Source: an uncultured Alphaproteobacteria bacterium
Lineage (GTDB): Bacteria > Pseudomonadota > Alphaproteobacteria > HIMB59 > GCA-002718135
DNA length: 64,000 nucleotides
Assembly (NCBI GenBank): GCA_902591485.1
Contig: CACJAV010000001.1
Location: forward strand, 16,563 to 80,562
Direction: 5' to 3'
Shown: in pieces, positions 30,970-40,312 of the stretch
Position numbering within the stretch: position 1 is the stretch's first letter
How the letters are laid out: every line of letters begins with the position of its first letter
The notes under the pieces: generated by a model
Databases searched by the model: none
What the model saw: the letters and a program-made list of their open reading frames with translations, nothing else
Told to the model about the DNA's origin: nothing
Position numbers and translations under genes: made by a program

Positions 30970-31722
30970 ATGAAAGTAAGAGTTTTGGGATGCGGTGGTT
31001 CTTTTGGTTCGCCACTTGCATGGAATAGAAATGGAAATATTGATGTAAATAATCCTAAAAATCATCGAACTAGATCGTCCGTCTTAATACATATAAATGA
31101 TCAAAATTTGTTGATTGATACAAGTCCTGATTTAAGGGCACAACTATACAATGCAAGATGTACAAAAATTGATGCAGTTTTATTTACTCATGAACATTCA
31201 GATCATACATCCGGTTTGCCAGATATGAGAGCAATGTCCTTGATCAATCAATCTATAATTCCAGCATTTTTATCAAGTGATATAAAAGAATCCATGACAA
31301 GAAATTATAAATATATCTTTGATGGTCATAAAGATTATTCACCATTCATGTCTGTTAAGACAATTGATGATCATTTTAATATTGGTAATACTAAAATTAA
31401 TACTTTCAAACATAACCATGGTTCCATAGATGTTCAAACATACAGAATTAATAATTTTGCTTATTCAACTGATTTAAAAAATTTTTATGAAAATGATATT
31501 GATAAATTAAAAGATTTAGATTTATGGATTGTTGGATTACTTAGATATGATCCGCATCCATCTCATGCTGGATTTGATCAAATTAATGAATACATAAAAT
31601 ATTTAAAACCAAAAAAAACTTTATTCACTCATATGACAGCTCTTTTGGATTATGAAGAGTTGTTATCAAAATGTTCTGATAATATTGAACCTGCATATGA
31701 TGGCATGACTATAGAGTTATGA
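30970..31722 (+). CDS. MBL-fold metallo-hydrolase
   Basis: 250 aa. HxHxDH motif FTHEHSDHTSG. Conserved downstream partner of tatD in alphaproteobacteria. Confidence 0.75.
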   Translation: MKVRVLGCGGSFGSPLAWNRNGNIDVNNPKNHRTRSSVLIHINDQNLLIDTSPDLRAQLYNARCTKIDAVLFTHEHSDHTSGLPDMRAMSLINQSIIPAFLSSDIKESMTRNYKYIFDGHKDYSPFMSVKTIDDHFNIGNTKINTFKHNHGSIDVQTYRINNFAYSTDLKNFYENDIDKLKDLDLWIVGLLRYDPHPSHAGFDQINEYIKYLKPKKTLFTHMTALLDYEELLSKCSDNIEPAYDGMTIEL

Positions 31723-32663
31723 AAGATAAAAAAATAGGTTTCATTGGTCTAGGAAATGTTGGCAGTAAAATTGCCCATAATATTCTAAAAAATAAAAATT
31801 ATAGTTTATATATATTTGACTTAAATAAAAAAAAATCAAAAAAATTAGTTTCTGAAGGTGCTATATTATGTAATTCAATTGAGGAATTAATCTTTAATGT
31901 AACAGTGTTCATAACTTGTTTACCGTCACCCACTTCAGTCAAAAAAGTTTTACTTAATACTATTCCTTATTTAAATAAAAATCATCTCTGGATAGAGATG
32001 AGCACAACAGATGAAGAAGATATGAAAATGTTATCTAATTTAGTATTGAAAAAAAAAGCTAGAGTACTTGAAGCTCCTATAACAGGAGGTCAACACAGAG
32101 CCGAAAGTGGCAATATCTCAATTTTAGTTGCTGGAAGCAAAAAAACATTTAGTAGAGCTTTTCCAATATTAAGTTGTCTTGGACATAAAATTTTACACTG
32201 TGGTAAAATTGGTAATGCTTCAACGCTAAAAGTTGTAACAAATTATTTAGCTTCTATAAATCTTTTAGCAATAGGAGAGGCGTTGATGGTTTGTAAAAAA
32301 TACGGATTAGATCTTAAAACATCATATAATGGAATAAAAATAAGTTCTGGCAATAGTTTTGTTCATGAAACAGAAAGTCAGGTTATTTTGAATGGCTCAT
32401 ATAATGTAGGTTTTACAATGGATTTAGTTTGCAAAGATGTTGGACTTTTTAATAAACTAACTAATAAATTTAAAATTCCTGCACAAATTAGTAATCTTAT
32501 GGTTAAAATTTTTAAGAATGGTCAAAAAAAATTAGGTAAAAGATCTTTGAGTACAAGTATAGTAAAGTTACTAGAAGAAGATTGTGGAGAAAATTTACGA
32601 TCTAAAGGTTTTCCTTCAGTTCTAGTTGATATAAATAAAAAGAAAAAAGGTATAGAAATATAA
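31719..32663 (+). CDS. NAD(P)-dependent beta-hydroxyacid dehydrogenase (3-hydroxyisobutyrate dehydrogenase family)
   Basis: 314 aa. Rossmann IGFIGLGNVGSKIA, LEAPITGG, NASTLKVVTNYL. ATGA overlap with the MBL gene. Confidence 0.75.
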   Translation: MKDKKIGFIGLGNVGSKIAHNILKNKNYSLYIFDLNKKKSKKLVSEGAILCNSIEELIFNVTVFITCLPSPTSVKKVLLNTIPYLNKNHLWIEMSTTDEEDMKMLSNLVLKKKARVLEAPITGGQHRAESGNISILVAGSKKTFSRAFPILSCLGHKILHCGKIGNASTLKVVTNYLASINLLAIGEALMVCKKYGLDLKTSYNGIKISSGNSFVHETESQVILNGSYNVGFTMDLVCKDVGLFNKLTNKFKIPAQISNLMVKIFKNGQKKLGKRSLSTSIVKLLEEDCGENLRSKGFPSVLVDINKKKKGIEI

Positions 32664-32664
32664 A

Positions 32665-33594
32665 ATGAAAAAAAAAGATTTTAGTCCTACAGTTTATAAA
32701 TATAAAAACTCGGTAATGGAACATGTCGAAAATTCAGACTTATTTAATAGTTATCTTAAAACTACTGAATTTACTCAAGTTTACGATGGTACATTATGGG
32801 GTGAAGGGCCATGTTATATTCCACATAAAGATATGCTTGTATGGAGTGACAATCCAAATAATAGAATGATGAAATTAATCAATGGTCAAGTTTCAGAATT
32901 CAGAAATCCATCAAATTTTTGCAATGGAAATACAATTGACAATGAAGAAAATTTAATATCGTGTTCACATGGAGGTCGTTGTGTTTATAAAACAGATGAT
33001 AATTTAAATGTTTCTATTTTAGTAGATAAATTTGAAGGAAAAAAACTAAATTCTCCTAATGATATATGTGTAAAATCAGATGATACAATTTGGTTTACTG
33101 ATCCACCTTACGGGATTTTATCAGACTATGAAGGCTATCCAGGTGAGCAAGAATATGATGGATGTTATGTATTTAGATTTAATCCTAAAACACTACAATT
33201 AGATGTTATGACTAAAAATCTTGATAGACCAAATGGAATTGCATTTTCCCATGATGAAAAGAAATTATATATCGCAGATACAGGTGAAGATGTAAAATGT
33301 CTGTATGTGTTTGATGTGTATGATGATAAAATAATAAATCAAAAATTAGTTTATGATTTCAAACCTTTTTTTTCTGATGGTTTCAGATCTGATAAGGATG
33401 GTAATATTTGGACTAGTGCTGGTAAAGCTATAAAATGTTTTAATCCTAATAATGAATTGATAGGGCAAATTTTAGTTCCTGAATTAGTATCAAATTTAGA
33501 GTTTGGAGGCAAAGAGGGAAATATATTATATGTTACAGCTACAAGTTCCCTTTATAAGATGGAGCTTAACCAAATTGGAGCTAAATTTAAATGA
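32665..33594 (+). CDS. SMP-30/gluconolactonase/LRE-family lactonase
   Basis: 309 aa. EGPCYIP, LNSPNDICV, IWFTDPPYG, RPNGIAFS beta-propeller signature blocks. Confidence 0.75.
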   Translation: MKKKDFSPTVYKYKNSVMEHVENSDLFNSYLKTTEFTQVYDGTLWGEGPCYIPHKDMLVWSDNPNNRMMKLINGQVSEFRNPSNFCNGNTIDNEENLISCSHGGRCVYKTDDNLNVSILVDKFEGKKLNSPNDICVKSDDTIWFTDPPYGILSDYEGYPGEQEYDGCYVFRFNPKTLQLDVMTKNLDRPNGIAFSHDEKKLYIADTGEDVKCLYVFDVYDDKIINQKLVYDFKPFFSDGFRSDKDGNIWTSAGKAIKCFNPNNELIGQILVPELVSNLEFGGKEGNILYVTATSSLYKMELNQIGAKFK

Positions 33595-33923
33595 CTAAAG
33601 AATTAAAATATCAAAAATGCCAAGCTTGTTCTGGCAATACTCCAAAATTTGATGAAAAACAAATTAGTGATAATTTATCCAAACTAGATAATTGGTCAGT
33701 TAATGATGAGCAAAAAATGATTTATAAAAAATTTAATTTTAAGACGTTTAAGCAAGCCCTTAATTTTACAAATAAAGTAGGGGAAATTGCTGATATAGAG
33801 GGTCACCATCCTGATATCTCTGTTGGTTGGGGGTATTCACTAGTCATGCTCCATACACATGCAATTAAAGGTTTATCAATCAATGATTTTATTCTTGCAG
33901 CTAAAATTGATGCAATAGCTTAA
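33591..33923 (+). CDS. phhB: pterin-4a-carbinolamine dehydratase (PCD/DCoH family)
   Basis: 110 aa. F.F..F..AL.F.N.VG..A..EGHHPDI core (EGHHPDISVGWG). 4-nt overlap with the lactonase gene. Confidence 0.8.
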   Translation: MTKELKYQKCQACSGNTPKFDEKQISDNLSKLDNWSVNDEQKMIYKKFNFKTFKQALNFTNKVGEIADIEGHHPDISVGWGYSLVMLHTHAIKGLSINDFILAAKIDAIA

Positions 33924-33954
33924 AAATATATTATTAGTATTTGAAATATATAAA

Positions 33955-34428
33955 TTATTCAAAAATATATAAACCAATAAACAAACCAGTACCAAATACA
34001 AAATGTGCTATTAAATTCTGAACTATTATATTAGCCCTGAGCTCACTTTTTGATGCAAAAAAACCTAAATTATAGGCAAAAGGCATTAAAAAACACCAAG
34101 CACCTAAAACAGTACTAAAGCCAAAAATATAAGCCAATAGAATTGAAGGATAATCAAATAACAAGAAGTTAATAATTACAAAAACTATCCCATATATTAT
34201 GCCAATTAAATAATGAAAAAAATATCCCCATAATAATTCATTATCTAATTCATCATCATCGATAAGAGTTTTTCTAATAAATTTGCTTTCTTTATATCCT
34301 AAAAAATACCTTCCTAATAAATTCCATTTTGGTTTTTCGATACCATAAGCGTAATTTAGAGAAGATTGAAATAAATCAAAAATAATAGTAGCAAATAATC
34401 CAGATATTATACCTTGAAGTAAAATCAT
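33955..34428 (-). CDS. 4-TM membrane protein (DUF2938-like)
   Basis: 157 aa, hydrophobic. Immediately downstream of pxpA with 0-nt spacing. Family assignment is from memory of sequence style only. Confidence 0.5.
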   Translation of the reverse strand: MILLQGIISGLFATIIFDLFQSSLNYAYGIEKPKWNLLGRYFLGYKESKFIRKTLIDDDELDNELLWGYFFHYLIGIIYGIVFVIINFLLFDYPSILLAYIFGFSTVLGAWCFLMPFAYNLGFFASKSELRANIIVQNLIAHFVFGTGLFIGLYIFE

Positions 34429-35202
34429 TTAATTGAATTTTGACAACATATTTAGTGGCTTAAAGTCTACACCTCTGTCTTTTAAACCATTTTTAATCAT
34501 TTGCGCTATTCCAACAGCATTCTTGCCATCACCGTGTACACAAATAGTATCAATATCAGTTTTAAGAAAATTACCACCTATAGTTTTGATTCCATTGTTC
34601 TCTAGCATTTGAAAAATATTATTTACTGCAATATTTGGATCAATAATCATTGAGTTTGTGTTTTTTCTATCAATTAACAGACCGGACTCATCATAATTTC
34701 TATCTGCAAATATTTCACAAACATATCTTAAGTTTATTTGTTTAGCAGCTTTTATCATTTGAGTGCATGGTAAAACCATAAAAATTAAATCTTTATTAAA
34801 AGCACTAATAGATTTTGCAATTTGAATTGAAATGTCTAAATTTTCACAAGCCATATTGTTTAATGCTCCGTGAGGTTTTACATGAGTGAAATCATAATTT
34901 TCTGAATCAGCAACTTCACTAAAAATTTCAAGTTGCTCAGATATCAATTTATCCAACTCTGTTAGAGTTAGATTTATTCTTTTTCTTCCAAAATTTAATT
35001 TATCATTAAATCCAGGATGGGCACCAACACTAACTTCAAATTTTTTTGCATTAATAATTGTTTCTTTGATTATTTTTTTGCTTCCAGCATGATAACCACA
35101 AGCAATATTTGCGGTATTAATAATTTGTAGAAGTTCATAATCATTAATGCCATCAAATACTTCAGACTTTTCTCCTAAATCACAATTTATATTTAATTCC
35201 AT
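34429..35202 (-). CDS. pxpA: 5-oxoprolinase subunit A (LamB/YcsF family)
   Basis: 257 aa. NCDLGE, ANIACGYHAGS, HVKPHGALNN, ICVHGD. Confidence 0.85.
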   Translation of the reverse strand: MELNINCDLGEKSEVFDGINDYELLQIINTANIACGYHAGSKKIIKETIINAKKFEVSVGAHPGFNDKLNFGRKRINLTLTELDKLISEQLEIFSEVADSENYDFTHVKPHGALNNMACENLDISIQIAKSISAFNKDLIFMVLPCTQMIKAAKQINLRYVCEIFADRNYDESGLLIDRKNTNSMIIDPNIAVNNIFQMLENNGIKTIGGNFLKTDIDTICVHGDGKNAVGIAQMIKNGLKDRGVDFKPLNMLSKFN

Positions 35203-35231
35203 TTTATTAAATTAGTTGTAATATATTTATT

Positions 35232-35897
35232 ATGTTTATCACTTATCAGCAAACTAGTGAACAGTCATATTTATTAAATTATGGTGAAGACATCAATATT
35301 ATTACTAATAAAAAAGTTATTTCTCATTTCAATTATTTAATAAAAAACAAATTTAAATATATTTTTAATGTTGTACCCTCATTTAATAAATTATTAATTG
35401 AATTTGATATTAATTTTAAGAAAGATGTTGAAATTTTAATTCAAAAATTGAAATTAATTGATGAAAATGATGAGGTAAAATCTATTCAACATTTAATTTC
35501 AGTATGTTATGATGAAGAGTATGCATTAGATTATAAAAATGTAGAAAATGCATTTTCTATTGATTTTGATGAATTTATTAATCTACATTCATCATCTATT
35601 TTAAATGTTTTTATGATAGGTTTTATGCCAGGTCTACCTTTCTTGGGCTTATTAAATATTAATCAATCATTACCTAGACTCGAAAACCCAAGAATATCAA
35701 TTCCTGCTGGGTCTGTTGGTGTTGTAGATAAACTAAGCGTCATTTACCCAAATCAAAGTTCTGGAGGTTGGAATTTAGTTGGAAAGACAACTTTTAATTT
35801 ATTCAATAAGAATAGTAACACCACAATTCTTAATCCAGGTGATACTGTGAAATTTCATAATATTTCAAAAAAAGACTTTATTAAAAATGAAAAATGA
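35232..35897 (+). CDS. pxpB: 5-oxoprolinase subunit B (KipI / allophanate hydrolase subunit 1 family)
   Basis: 221 aa. GFMPGLPFLG, PRLENPRISIPAGSVGV, YPNQSSGGWNLVGKT. Confidence 0.8.
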   Translation: MFITYQQTSEQSYLLNYGEDINIITNKKVISHFNYLIKNKFKYIFNVVPSFNKLLIEFDINFKKDVEILIQKLKLIDENDEVKSIQHLISVCYDEEYALDYKNVENAFSIDFDEFINLHSSSILNVFMIGFMPGLPFLGLLNINQSLPRLENPRISIPAGSVGVVDKLSVIYPNQSSGGWNLVGKTTFNLFNKNSNTTILNPGDTVKFHNISKKDFIKNEK

Positions 35898-36846
35898 ATC
35901 TAAAATTGAATTTTTAAGAGGAGGTTTAATAACTTCTCTACAAGGAAGTAAAATAAATAATCTTCAACATCTTGGAATCACTACCAGTGGACCTATGGAT
36001 TATTTTCTTTCAAAAATAGGCAATCTAATTATGGATAATAATGAAGATGACCTAACTTTTGAAATATGTAAATTTGGACCAAAAATTAAAATATTAGAAG
36101 GTAATTTTATTTTTTTAGTTTCAGGAAATATAAATTTTAATATTATTACTAATTCTAATACCCAATTAGGAAAATGTTTTAAAAGTTATATTTTAAAAAA
36201 AGGAGATATTTTAGAATTAAATCAAACTATTAACAGTAATTATGCTTATTTAATTTTTAAAGGTAAACTAAATACCGATATATCTTCTAACTACAAAAGC
36301 AGTATTATTAGTTCATCATTAGGAATAAACGATGGAAAAAAAATAAGTGATTCAGATAAATTTAAAATTTTAAAAATTCCTAATTTTAAAGATAGATTTC
36401 TTTCTATTTCTCTTAGTAATTTTTATGACAATAAGATTCGAGTTATAAAAGGTCCACAGATGAATTATTTTAAAATATCTATAATAAAAAAATTTTTCTC
36501 AAAAAAATTCAAAATTTCAAAAAATTTAAATAGGGTAGGGATACGCCTAATTGAAAATCCTATTAAACCAACTGTTTCATCAAATTTACCTTCTGAGGCT
36601 ATCATCAAAGGGTCTATACAAGTGCCAGGAGATGGCAATCCAATTGTTTTAGCATCAGAACATCCAACAATTGGAGGATATCCTAAAATAGCTACTATAT
36701 TAATATCTGAATTGTATAAATTAGTTCAACTTGAAGAGGGTGCAAAAATTAGCTTTGAAGAAGTGGACATTAATTTAGGTGAGAAGCTATATTTTGATTT
36801 TCTTGAAACTATAAAATCAATTCAAAATAAAATTGTTTATTTATAG
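35887..36846 (+). CDS. pxpC: 5-oxoprolinase subunit C (KipA / allophanate hydrolase subunit 2 family)
   Basis: 319 aa. TSLQGS...GPMD, NRVGIRL, GSIQVPGDGNPIVLASEHPTIGGYPKIA. Overlaps pxpB by 11 nt. Confidence 0.8.
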   Translation: MKNESKIEFLRGGLITSLQGSKINNLQHLGITTSGPMDYFLSKIGNLIMDNNEDDLTFEICKFGPKIKILEGNFIFLVSGNINFNIITNSNTQLGKCFKSYILKKGDILELNQTINSNYAYLIFKGKLNTDISSNYKSSIISSSLGINDGKKISDSDKFKILKIPNFKDRFLSISLSNFYDNKIRVIKGPQMNYFKISIIKKFFSKKFKISKNLNRVGIRLIENPIKPTVSSNLPSEAIIKGSIQVPGDGNPIVLASEHPTIGGYPKIATILISELYKLVQLEEGAKISFEEVDINLGEKLYFDFLETIKSIQNKIVYL

Positions 36847-36870
36847 TAAAAATTCTATAGATGATTCTTA

Positions 36871-37419
36871 ATGAAATACTTAAAATATTTTAAAGACTAT
36901 AATGATTCAATTTATGATTTATTAGATACCTTTGATACATCTTTAATTGATAAGTCAGTAGAATTAATTTTAGATTGCAAAAAAAATAATGGCAAAGTCT
37001 ATGTTGTTGGCAACGGTGGCAGTTCTTCTATAGCAAGTCATGTTAGTGTAGATCTTGCTAAAGTGTCAAATATTCCATCTGATACTTTTAATAATACAAA
37101 CCTGATAACATGTTTTGCAAATGATTATGGTCATGATAACTGGATAAAAGAAGCTATAAAAGCATATACTAGTCAAAATGATATTCTAATTCTAATCAGT
37201 AGTAGTGGCACATCAAAAAATATTCTTAATGCAGCACAATATTGTAAAGATAATACAATCTCACTTATTACTCTTAGTGGATTTAATACTGATAATCCTT
37301 TGACTCAGCTTGGCAATGTTAACATTCATATTCCTTCAAATAAATATAACTTTATCGAAATGGCCCATCATATTATTTTAGTCTCTATTGTTGATATTTT
37401 TGCTGAAAACTTAATTTAA
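36871..37419 (+). CDS. SIS-domain protein (phosphoheptose isomerase GmhA/DiaA-like)
   Basis: 182 aa. VYVVGNGGSSSIASHVSVDL, ILILISSSGTSKN. Confidence 0.7.
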   Translation: MKYLKYFKDYNDSIYDLLDTFDTSLIDKSVELILDCKKNNGKVYVVGNGGSSSIASHVSVDLAKVSNIPSDTFNNTNLITCFANDYGHDNWIKEAIKAYTSQNDILILISSSGTSKNILNAAQYCKDNTISLITLSGFNTDNPLTQLGNVNIHIPSNKYNFIEMAHHIILVSIVDIFAENLI

Positions 37420-37424
37420 ATTAA

Positions 37425-38831
37425 TTAAGTCCCACAAAAGGTTTGATGAATTTTCTCATCTTCCGACGGCCCCTTTTGGAAATTACTATTTACTTCATTT
37501 GAATACGGCTCATTTAAATTTTCTATGAATTTATATAAGTTATCATAGTTACCATTTTCAGACTCATTTAGCACTTTTTCAATTATATGATTTCTTGGAA
37601 TAATTTTTGGGTTATATTTGTCATTAGTTTTATTAAATTTTTTATTTATTTTTCTTCTTTCTTTGAGCTTTGAGTACCAATTTTTCATAAAATCATGTTT
37701 TTTAATTTGATCATTGTCAATTTCTATAAATGTATTTGTAAAATCAAGTTTGAATACATGCATTAAGTCTAATAATTCTATTATAAGTTTTTCATCTTTT
37801 TCATTATGATTATTGATTTGTAGTTTATTTTTCATCATTTTTAACCAGAGTTCGTAATATTTCTTCTCAAAAGATTTAAGGAGATCTTCAATTATTTTTA
37901 TTGCTAATGTTTGATCTTTATGAATTAAATGTAAAATTGTTTCTGCAAAACGAGCTAAATTCCATAGCGCTATTTTAGGTTGATTATTAAATGCATATCT
38001 CCCTTTTTGGTCAATAGAACTGAAAACCTTATTTGGATTGTATTCATCTAAAAAAGCACATGGTCCGTAATCAATAGTTTCTCCACTAAGTGCCATATTA
38101 TCTGTATTCATTACTCCATGAATAAAGCCCACTCTTTGCCATTCAATCATTAAATTAATCTGGTTTTCAACAATTTTTTTATAGAATTCTAGATGCCTAT
38201 CTTTATGTTCGTAGATTTCTGGATGTAATCTTTTTATTGAATAATCAAGTAATTCTTCAATATTTTTTCTTTCTTTACTTAATGCTGCTAATTGAAAAGT
38301 TCCGACACGTATGTGACTTTCAGCAACTCTTACTAATATTCCTCCTTCTTCAAAACCATTTCTCATAATTCTTTCTCCAGTTTTCAAAACAGCCAATGAT
38401 CTGGTAGTTTTAATATTAAGATTATGCATAGCTTCACTTACAATATACTCACGAAGCATTGATTTTAATGTTCCTTTACCATCTCCATTTCTAGAGTAGG
38501 GTGTTTTCCCGGATCCTTTTAATTGTATGTCAAATCTCTCACTTTTTTTATTTAAGTGCTCACCTAGTAAAGTTGCTCTACCGTCTCCTAAAATAGTAAA
38601 GTGACCAAATTGATGACCTGCATAAGCTTGAGAATAAAAATCTTGTTTGTCATCAGCGATAGATGTTACAATAAATTTATTAAATTTGTTTCTATCTAAA
38701 CTTAATTTATCTATTAATTTTTGATTTTTCAAAATAAGTTCTAAATTGGGAAATTGATTTGGTTTAGTTTTAGAAAAAAATATTTTTGGTAATTGTAAGT
38801 ATGAATTATTAAAATTCCATTGAGATAACAT
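37425..38831 (-). CDS. selO: protein adenylyltransferase SelO (YdiU)
   Basis: 468 aa. YAGHQFG, LGDGRA, LKGSGKTPYSR, FIHGVMNTDNM. The C-terminus ...QTFCGT carries the near-terminal Cys that replaces the eukaryotic Sec. Confidence 0.9.
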   Translation of the reverse strand: MLSQWNFNNSYLQLPKIFFSKTKPNQFPNLELILKNQKLIDKLSLDRNKFNKFIVTSIADDKQDFYSQAYAGHQFGHFTILGDGRATLLGEHLNKKSERFDIQLKGSGKTPYSRNGDGKGTLKSMLREYIVSEAMHNLNIKTTRSLAVLKTGERIMRNGFEEGGILVRVAESHIRVGTFQLAALSKERKNIEELLDYSIKRLHPEIYEHKDRHLEFYKKIVENQINLMIEWQRVGFIHGVMNTDNMALSGETIDYGPCAFLDEYNPNKVFSSIDQKGRYAFNNQPKIALWNLARFAETILHLIHKDQTLAIKIIEDLLKSFEKKYYELWLKMMKNKLQINNHNEKDEKLIIELLDLMHVFKLDFTNTFIEIDNDQIKKHDFMKNWYSKLKERRKINKKFNKTNDKYNPKIIPRNHIIEKVLNESENGNYDNLYKFIENLNEPYSNEVNSNFQKGPSEDEKIHQTFCGT

Positions 38832-38876
38832 TTAAATACTATTATAATATAATAATAAGTATAACAAACTTAATGC

Positions 38877-39908
38877 ATGAAATTTTTTGGACTTATAAAA
38901 GAAGCTTGGAAAGATTATGATAATTCAAGGAAAATTTTAAGCATCACTGATATTAGTATTAAAGTTTCCACCAATCATGTTTATAGAATAATTCTTAAAG
39001 ATGGATCTAAAGTTATAGCTAAAATATCAGATTATGGTTATGTCTCAAACTTTTCAGAGGATCATTCTATTATAAATGCTCTGTCAATAAATCTTACTTA
39101 TCCATTTGAAAATTTTCTTGCAAAATCTTTAACAAAAAATGGGAGACTATATATCTATGAAAAGAAAGTGAACAAATCCCCAATTTGGGTAGTATTTTAT
39201 AATCCTATAAGAACTGATAAAAAACCATCAAAAAAACAGAATATAAAAAGAATAAAAATTTTAGGTAAAGAATTAGCTTGTTTTCATTTGACATGTAAAA
39301 ATATAAGTAAGATTTTACCTCATAAATATAAAACATTTAATGAAGATATTAAATTTATAAAAAAAAATATTTTTTCCAAAACTTATTTTCACTTTTCTAA
39401 GAATGAAAAAAAAGAAATTATTAAACATTGTGATATTTTTATTAAAAATACAGGAAAGCTAATTAAAAAAAATGATTTACTTCCTGTATTTATTGATTGG
39501 AATATAGGAAATTTCTCAGTTGATAATAAATATAATTTTTTTAGTCGCTGGGATTATGATTGGTTTAGAATAGGTCATAGAACCCTAGATTTCTATTTTC
39601 TAAGTCGTGTTTGTTCTGAGCAAGGTGACTCAACATTATTTACATATTCACCTTTACCTTTAATGGAAAAGAGATTTATGATTTTTCTAAAATCATACCA
39701 CAAAATATACCCTCTTAAAAATTATGATTTTTTATTAATTCCTGAGATGTATAGATTTTTTATTCTAAATTACGTTATCAAAGATGGTTTTAGATTTTTT
39801 AATAAACATATTGCTAAAAAATTAATTAAAGACTCTGTTAATCAGTATTTACCTAATATTGATAAATTAGTAAGCTCAAATGAAATTAAAGATTATGTCT
39901 TGTCATGA
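38877..39908 (+). CDS. APH/choline-kinase-fold phosphotransferase (substrate unknown)
   Basis: 343 aa. Beta-3 Lys context SKVIAKI, catalytic loop FIDWNIGNF (Asp and Asn spaced D+5 as in HGDxxxxN, His replaced), metal-binding WDYDWFRIGHRTLDF (cf. IDWExxxxGDPxxDL). Confidence 0.55.
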   Translation: MKFFGLIKEAWKDYDNSRKILSITDISIKVSTNHVYRIILKDGSKVIAKISDYGYVSNFSEDHSIINALSINLTYPFENFLAKSLTKNGRLYIYEKKVNKSPIWVVFYNPIRTDKKPSKKQNIKRIKILGKELACFHLTCKNISKILPHKYKTFNEDIKFIKKNIFSKTYFHFSKNEKKEIIKHCDIFIKNTGKLIKKNDLLPVFIDWNIGNFSVDNKYNFFSRWDYDWFRIGHRTLDFYFLSRVCSEQGDSTLFTYSPLPLMEKRFMIFLKSYHKIYPLKNYDFLLIPEMYRFFILNYVIKDGFRFFNKHIAKKLIKDSVNQYLPNIDKLVSSNEIKDYVLS

Positions 39909-40309
39909 AGAGTAAAATAAGAACCCTTAGCGCATCTTGTTTATGTAATGGTGTTTCCATGAAAATTACAGGAGAATTTAGGCCTGTTATAAACTGTCAT
40001 TGCGTACAATGTACTAAAACCCATGGTAATTTTGCAGCTTATACATCTGTATTAGAAGCAAATATTGAATATAAATCAAAAAAAACACTTAAGTGGTTTA
40101 AATCTTCACAAAAAGCAAAAAGAGGTTTTTGCAAAACTTGTGGCGCTAGTATTTTTTTTAAAAGATATGGTAGTAAAGGTGTTTCGATATCAGCAGGACT
40201 CTTTAGAAATCCTAGTAAGTTAATGACAAAATCACATATCTACGTAAAAAATAAAAGAGATTATTATGAAATAAAAGACGATTTACCAAAATTTAACAAG
40301 TATAAATAA
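39905..40309 (+). CDS. GFA-family (glutathione-dependent formaldehyde-activating / CENP-V-like) zinc protein
   Basis: 134 aa. CLCNGV, CHCVQCTKTHG, FCKTCGASIFF cysteine pattern. ATGA overlap with the upstream gene. Confidence 0.75.
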   Translation: MKSKIRTLSASCLCNGVSMKITGEFRPVINCHCVQCTKTHGNFAAYTSVLEANIEYKSKKTLKWFKSSQKAKRGFCKTCGASIFFKRYGSKGVSISAGLFRNPSKLMTKSHIYVKNKRDYYEIKDDLPKFNKYK

Positions 40310-40312
40310 TCC

